Shown piece by piece: positions 1-2,349 of a stretch of 2,349 nt of DNA (position 1 is the first letter of the stretch; each line of letters begins with the position of its first letter). This DNA comes from a virus (lineage: Duplodnaviria > Heunggongvirae > Uroviricota > Caudoviricetes), in the IMG/VR virus record IMGVR_UViG_2698536428_000011. One strand, written 5' to 3'. The position numbers were made by a program, and so were the translations under genes. The notes under the pieces are model-generated. The model was not told where the DNA came from. It saw nothing but the letters and a program-made list of their open reading frames with translations, and made no database searches.

Positions 1-555
1 TCATTTATCTCCGACCGGAAACTTCTTATACAAAGTCGATACGCCAACATCATAAATGATCGCCACCTTCTGGCGAGGAACTCCTGATGCAATTAGTCGC
101 CCGGCCTGCGCCCATTGTTCTGGTGTAAGTTTGGGACGACGTCCACCAATTCGTCCCTGTGCGCGAGCAGCTTCCAGTCCAGCTTTTGTTCGTTCAACAA
201 TCAGTTCTCGTTCCATTTCAGCCAGGGCACCCATCACATGAAAGAAAAAGCGCCCCATTGGGGTACTAGTATCAATTGAATCCGTCAGACTACGAAAGTT
301 GATGCCTCGTTCGCGCAACTCCTCAACCAGAATGACCAGATGCCGCATACTACGCCCCAGCCGATCCAGCTTCCAGACAACCAGAGTGTCACCTGCCGAT
401 AATGTCCTGAGCAGTTTTTTCAGTCCAGGCCTTTCGGACTTTGTACCGCTTATCTTGTCTTCAAAAATCAGCTCGCATCCTGCACAGTTCAGCGCATTAC
501 GTTGTAGATCTGTGTTCTGGTCATTTGTTGACACACGTACATAGCCAATAAGCAT
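1..555 (-). CDS. pin: Serine DNA invertase, Pin/Gin/Cin/Hin family site-specific recombinase
   Basis: ORF track 1..591 minus. Translation has the serine-recombinase N-terminal catalytic motif GYVRVSTNDQ (Ser codon at 529..531) and a C-terminal helix-turn-helix-like region (GRRPKLTPEQWAQAGRLIASGVPRQKVAIIYDVGVSTLYKKF). Start placed at ATG 553..555 (MLIGYVRVS...), which has GGGAG 7 nt upstream, rather than the in-frame ATG at 589..591. Stop TGA at 3..1. Symbol given from recalled similarity to e14 Pin, not from a search. Confidence 0.9.
   Translation of the reverse strand: MLIGYVRVSTNDQNTDLQRNALNCAGCELIFEDKISGTKSERPGLKKLLRTLSAGDTLVVWKLDRLGRSMRHLVILVEELRERGINFRSLTDSIDTSTPMGRFFFHVMGALAEMERELIVERTKAGLEAARAQGRIGGRRPKLTPEQWAQAGRLIASGVPRQKVAIIYDVGVSTLYKKFPVGDK
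405..475. promoter_or_regulatory. Candidate Fis-dependent recombinational enhancer inside the invertase 5' coding region
   Basis: In Hin, Gin and Cin systems the enhancer lies within the 5' part of the invertase gene and has two Fis sites about 48 bp apart. Here GCAGTTTTTTCAGTC (411..425) fits the G-N13-C, AT-rich-centre Fis pattern, and a second A-tract element (457..472, GTCTTCAAAAATCAGC) sits about 47 bp away but matches only partly. Position and motifs are suggestive only. Confidence 0.3.
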
Positions 556-609
556 GGTAGATCTCCCTGACAAAAGCAGGAATGATGCCATTTGCTCGTT
601 ATTTCTGCA

Positions 610-635
610 TTTTCATAAACGTTGGTTTGGGAGAA
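610..635. repeat. Inversion crossover site, invertase-proximal (pix/gix/hix-like 26-bp site)
   Basis: Imperfect dyad TTTTCATAAACG-TT-GGTTTGGGAGAA. Its right half-site is the exact reverse complement of the left half-site of the site at 2326..2349. The 16-mer TTGGTTTGGGAGAAGC (622..637) recurs inverted at 2324..2339. AAAC/GGTTT arms around a 2-bp core are typical of Hin-family crossover sites. Confidence 0.75.
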
Positions 636-995
636 GCGGCAAAACGAAATGTGGGAACAGGGGAAAATCAGATACCGGACATGGCTTCATTTAGTGGGGT
701 GAGGGATTATTACGGAAAACAACTTTTGCCAGGAGGGTTGATACTTCAGTGGCTGACGATTCCATCAAGTGCAGCAGCCAAAGCTGTAACACTGAATAAT
801 GGTAATTATCAGCTGTCAGGCTATAAATGGCCCCAGTCATTTGGTGTCCTGTTTGCTGTGTTTGCTACAAAAGTTTCTGGCTCGACTAACGAAGCATATG
901 CAATCTCAGTTAATCGTCACTCTACCGATGTAATTGTCACCTGGAATGCCCGTAAGGCTGATGATGTCCACATTTTAGGAGTTGGGAAATTATGA
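610..995 (+). CDS. Tail-fibre C-terminal variable cassette, silent copy (Sv'-like); no independent start expected
   Basis: Plus-strand frame is open from the crossover site (ORF track starts at ATG 582 in the invertase leader) to TGA 993..995. The crossover site encodes the junction peptide NVGLGEA, matching LENLGLGEA on the other arm. Ends in an ATGA stop/start overlap with the downstream Tfa-like gene. By analogy with Mu S/S' and e14 it would be expressed only after inversion fuses it to the constant fibre N-terminus. Confidence 0.65.
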
Positions 996-1411
996 AAATG
1001 AAATGGTCCCCATCTGTTCAGGGATTTTTCTCTGAAAATAACAGCGATATTCCCGATGATGCTTTCGATATTGAAGATGCTCTTTATTATGAACTTATGA
1101 ATGGTCAGAGTACGGGGAAAATTATTATCAATAACCCGGATAACTACCCTGTACTTACTGAATATCCAGCGAAGACACAGGAACAGGAAATAGCTGAAGC
1201 GGAGGGAATGAAAAGTATACTTATTGAACAGGCCAACGAATACATGAACAGTAAGCAATGGCCTGGTAAAGCCGCTATTGGTCGTCTGAAAGGTGAGGAA
1301 CTGGCGCAATATAATTTGTGGCTGGATTACCTGGACGCACTGGAACTGGTCGATACTTCCGGTGCGCCAGATATTGAATGGCCTACGCCTCCGGCAGTTC
1401 AGGCCAGATGA
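992..1411 (+). CDS. Tail-fibre assembly protein (Tfa / gpU-like chaperone), silent-cassette copy
   Basis: ORF 992..1411, 139 aa. ATG overlaps the upstream stop (ATGA at 992..995), with AGGAG at 976..980. C-terminus ...[19 protein letters not shown] carries the conserved Tfa C-terminal motif (VDTS-APDIEWP). N-terminal region ([23 protein letters not shown]...[14 protein letters not shown]) resembles Tfa-type chaperones. Confidence 0.8.
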   Translation: MKMKWSPSVQGFFSENNSDIPDDAFDIEDALYYELMNGQSTGKIIINNPDNYPVLTEYPAKTQEQEIAEAEGMKSILIEQANEYMNSKQWPGKAAIGRLKGEELAQYNLWLDYLDALELVDTSGAPDIEWPTPPAVQAR

Positions 1412-1646
1412 CGTCCGGCGCGGTGCTGGTATCTGATTCCATCACCGCGTCGATATTACCAACATCATATTCAGTCATTTCCGGTTCCGGTGGTGCTATA
1501 AACTCTCCGTCAGAATAGAACCAACCGACGCCTGCATCTATATCATCAATATTTATAATTTCGCAGTTAGAGAATAAATCACCCTCTCCATCCCAGATAA
1601 TAATATTTTTCACCACGCCATGTTCAATCAGAGCAAAATTACTCAT
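1383..1646 (-). CDS. Short Tfa-like tail-fibre assembly/chaperone protein, copy in the currently fused cassette
   Basis: ORF 1383..1646 minus, 87 aa. ATG overlaps the stop of the upstream fibre frame (TGATG), with GAGGAG 8 nt upstream. C-terminus ...[18 protein letters not shown] carries the Tfa C-terminal motif. Much shorter than typical Tfa proteins, so the functional call is tentative. Confidence 0.6.
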   Translation of the reverse strand: MSNFALIEHGVVKNIIIWDGEGDLFSNCEIINIDDIDAGVGWFYSDGEFIAPPEPEMTEYDVGNIDAVMESDTSTAPDVIWPELPEA

Positions 1647-2349
1647 CAGGCATACTCCTCAACAATAACTATTCCCGGGGCACCGTCACCTCCCGATTGA
1701 GCCTCACTTCCGGCAGGTGCGCAGGCTCCGCCTCCGCCAGCACCAAAGCCCTCAGCTTTACCACCACCACGTCCGCTGAATGATGAAGAACTTGCACCAC
1801 CTATACCGCCTGAACCTAGTGGTGTATCCCCCCCGGTACCACCTGCAACAGCTTTAACAGAGATAACCATTGCTCCTGGTGTTTTTGCACTACAGCGAAA
1901 TGCTCTTAGTACAGTACCGGACGATGTCGGACTGGCACCCCATGAAATACCCTGAATATATGATGTGTTTGCAGATGCTCCCCCCGCGCCACCGCCTGTA
2001 CCACCCGGTGCAGTTATCAGGGAACCGAAATAAGTTGTGCCACCTTCACTACCTGAATTTCTTCCGGCTCCCCCCCTTTACCTGCAGCACCGATAATAAC
2101 GTTGACTTCGAAATCATTATCAACCTCGAAAAATGCTTCAATAAATGCACCGCTCAATCCAGCTCCGGCTGTTGCCTGCTGATTTGCTGTTGTTTCAGGA
2201 ACCCCACCGCCGCCGCCACCGCCACCAGAGGCAATGACCCTTATCTTTTTTGTCCCTGGTGTTGGGATATATTTTCCAGAGCTTTTAAAAATATTCGTGT
2301 TTAACAAACGACCAGAGAATCTGGCTTCTCCCAAACCAAGGTTTTCGAG
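1646..2349 (-). pseudogene. Tail-fibre C-terminal variable cassette (Sv-like), partial at window edge, reading frame broken at a G7 tract
   Basis: One minus-strand frame is open from the window edge through the crossover site (LENLGLGEARFSGRLLNTNIF...SGGGGGGGGV...GAAGKGGEPEE...) to TGA at 2019..2017. A second frame is open from 2077 to TGA at 1648..1646 and encodes Gly-rich fibre-like sequence (...TAPGGTGGGAGGASANTSYIQGISWGASPTSSGT...GGTGGDTPLGSGGIGG...EEYA) coupled to the Tfa-like gene. The frames meet at G7 on the minus strand (C7 at 2070..2076); one extra G would give a continuous cassette of about 234 codons. Could be a true frameshift, programmed or slippage-based decoding, or a homopolymer sequencing error. 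Confidence 0.55.
2326..2349. repeat. Inversion crossover site, invertase-distal, truncated by window end
   Basis: TTCTCCCAAACC-AA-GGTTTTCGAG (last 2 bp of the 26-bp site would lie beyond 2349). Its left half-site is the exact reverse complement of GGTTTGGGAGAA at 624..635, placing it in inverted orientation to the 610..635 site. The minus-strand fibre frame reads through it in frame. Confidence 0.75.

Larger units (their letters stand above)
622..2339. other. Invertible DNA segment (G/P/C-segment-like) carrying two alternative tail-fibre cassettes
   Basis: Region bounded by the two inverted crossover cores (TT at 622..623, AA at 2338..2339), with a serine invertase gene directly outside one end. 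Contents are two convergent fibre-tip plus Tfa cassettes. Length about 1.7 kb. Confidence 0.7.

Noticed and set aside
56-241. Plus-strand ORF of 61 aa inside the invertase gene
   Set aside because: Lies entirely antisense to the well-supported invertase CDS. Product is Arg/Ser/Ala-rich low-complexity sequence typical of an antisense frame of a GC-balanced gene, with no convincing start context.
299-544. Plus-strand ORF of 81 aa inside the invertase gene
   Set aside because: Antisense to the invertase CDS. Ser/Arg-rich low-complexity translation with no recognisable motif; most likely a spurious open frame.
553-591. Upstream in-frame ATG (589..591) that would extend the invertase by 12 codons ([12 protein letters not shown]-)
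   Set aside because: Invertases of this family begin at the conserved M-L-I-G-Y-V-R-V-S N-terminus. ATG 553..555 has a good GGGAG Shine-Dalgarno at 7 nt spacing, whereas the extension would run into the crossover-site region.
582-609. ATG at 582 as an independent start for the silent fibre cassette, giving a free-standing 137-aa product
   Set aside because: Only a weak AGGA sits immediately next to the ATG, and the 9 codons before the crossover site lie in the invertase leader. By analogy with Mu Sv', the cassette is expected to lack its own start and be expressed only after fusion by inversion. Low-level independent translation cannot be excluded from sequence alone.
917-1309. Minus-strand ORF of 130 aa spanning the end of the silent fibre cassette and the start of its chaperone gene
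   Set aside because: Antisense to two better-supported, translationally coupled plus-strand genes. Translation is hydrophobic and low-complexity with no start signal or motif; likely spurious.
1870-2304. Plus-strand ORF of 144 aa
   Set aside because: Antisense to the Gly-rich fibre cassette. GC-rich repeat DNA leaves long open frames on the opposite strand by chance. Product is Cys/Leu-rich with no recognisable features.
640-2320. Additional internal crossover sites that would make this a multi-inversion (Min or shufflon-like) system
   Set aside because: Scanned both strands for the AAACC-NN-GGTTT core with TTCTC/GAGAA arms. Only the two terminal sites match; the best internal partial (around 1518..1530, GAACCAACCGACG) lacks the dyad partner.

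Overview
This window holds a complete phage-type DNA inversion (host-range) switch. At the left, on the minus strand, is a 184-aa serine DNA invertase of the Pin/Gin/Cin/Hin family (1..555). Next to it is an invertible segment of about 1.7 kb, bounded by two 26-bp crossover sites in inverted orientation (610..635 and 2326..2349, the second running off the window edge). Inside are two convergent tail-fibre cassettes, each a fibre C-terminal variable part followed by a translationally coupled tail-fibre assembly (Tfa-like) gene. The plus-strand cassette next to the invertase is silent and apparently intact (610..995, 992..1411). The minus-strand cassette (2349..1646, then 1646..1383) is the one currently joined to the constant part of the fibre gene, which must lie beyond the right edge. 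Its reading frame is broken at a G7/C7 homopolymer (2070..2076). The two Tfa-like genes overlap tail-to-tail by 29 bp. No rRNA, tRNA or CRISPR features were seen. The architecture matches the known e14 Pin / Mu Gin / P1 Cin fibre switches, so the system itself is not new; the unusual points are the frame break, the slippage-prone tracts and the antisense overlap. All calls come from reading the sequence and ORF track; no similarity search was run, so family names rest on recognised motifs.
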